From assembly GCA_030167145.1 (NCBI GenBank), contig CP126532.1, positions 3,060,001 to 3,092,000 on the forward strand: a stretch of DNA of 32,000 nt, given 5' to 3'. The notes below the pieces were generated by a model. That model had not been told where the DNA came from, ran no database searches, and saw only the letters and a list, made by a program, of their open reading frames with translations. Below are positions 31,432-32,000 of this stretch, one piece after another. This DNA is from Ktedonobacterales bacterium (lineage in GTDB: Bacteria; Chloroflexota; Ktedonobacteria; Ktedonobacterales; JADMIN01). A program made the translations under genes and the position numbers. Positions within the stretch are counted from its first letter, which is position 1. Each line of letters begins with the position of its first letter.

Positions 31432-32000
31432 ATGACTGACATCAAGCTCTTCCGCATTGGACAAAATCAAGTCTGCGAACTCGCAGGCCAATCGGTTGCC
31501 ATTGAGAAAACGCTTCAGGAGATTATGGAGCGCCATCTTGATGCACTGCTAGGCGTCCGCTTTCTCGCCTCCGAGTATAGCACTGGCAAAGTGCATGGGG
31601 GGCGTATAGATACCCTTGGTATTGACGAAAATGGCAGCCCTGTTATAGTTGAATACAAGCGTGCATCGAACCAGAACGTGATCAATCAAGGCCTATTCTA
31701 TCTCGACTGGCTTTTGGATCACCACAAAGACTTCGAAATGTTAGTGTTGAAGCGCTTCGGACCTACAGCCGAAGAAGGCGTTGATTGGCGCTATCCGCGC
31801 CTGCTCTGTATCGCGGGCGATTTCACCAAATACGATGAGAAGGCAGTCCAGCAGATTCCGCGAAATATCGAGTTGATCCGCTACAAACGCTATGGCAATG
31901 ACCTTCTTCTGCTCGATCTGGTGAATTCCATCACCGAGCAGCCTCTCGAAGAACGCAATGTCCAGAACGGCGCCCTTAAATCGAAGCACCTCTCTAGCGA
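31432..32000 (+). CDS. NucS/DUF91-like PD-(D/E)XK nuclease-domain protein, 3'-truncated by the window
   Basis: My own translation (not in the ORF track because no stop is reached): MTDIKLFRIGQNQV...KVHGGRIDTLGIDENGSPVIVEYKRASNQNVINQGLFYLDWL. It shows the D...E-x-K nuclease core. GGAG lies 7 nt before the ATG. G+C is about 50%. Confidence 0.7.
   Translation, partial: MTDIKLFRIGQNQVCELAGQSVAIEKTLQEIMERHLDALLGVRFLASEYSTGKVHGGRIDTLGIDENGSPVIVEYKRASNQNVINQGLFYLDWLLDHHKDFEMLVLKRFGPTAEEGVDWRYPRLLCIAGDFTKYDEKAVQQIPRNIELIRYKRYGNDLLLLDLVNSITEQPLEERNVQNGALKSKHLSS

Overview
This is a 32-kb segment of a high-G+C bacterial chromosome. My spot counts give about 70% G+C in the core and about 45-52% at both window edges. 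The taxon cannot be determined here; a Chloroflexota/Ktedonobacteria-like organism is only a guess. I see about 28 protein genes and no rRNA, tRNA, CRISPR array or transposase. Gene order, left to right:
- low-GC orphan genes (1-1291)
- a SHOCT membrane protein and a GNAT acetyltransferase
- a DUF433/DUF5615 toxin-antitoxin-like pair
- a secreted 560-aa orphan
- a 900-aa SF2 DExH helicase converging on a 4xPAS histidine kinase, with 34 nt of overlap
- a thiolase and an ANT-type nucleotidyltransferase
- a 785-bp G-depleted non-coding region packed with 9-nt-periodic repeats
- DUF1015, FAD oxidoreductase, CAP-domain protein, SAM methyltransferase, aldehyde dehydrogenase and a 653-aa polytopic orphan
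- a minus-strand replication module directly downstream of a DnaA-box cluster: dnaB carrying a 429-aa LAGLIDADG intein, a DnaD-like gene, and a Zn-ribbon DnaC/DnaI-like ATPase
- the acpP-nusB-asp23-fabD-rpmF housekeeping block
- a disordered Zn-ribbon protein
- a second spacer carrying inverted copies of the same repeats
- a low-GC, window-truncated NucS-like nuclease gene
I do not see a clear multi-gene novel defence-type system. The items most worth follow-up are the DnaA-box cluster with the helicase-loader operon, and the dispersed nonamer-repeat family. All functional calls rest on motif recognition by eye; no database search was run.
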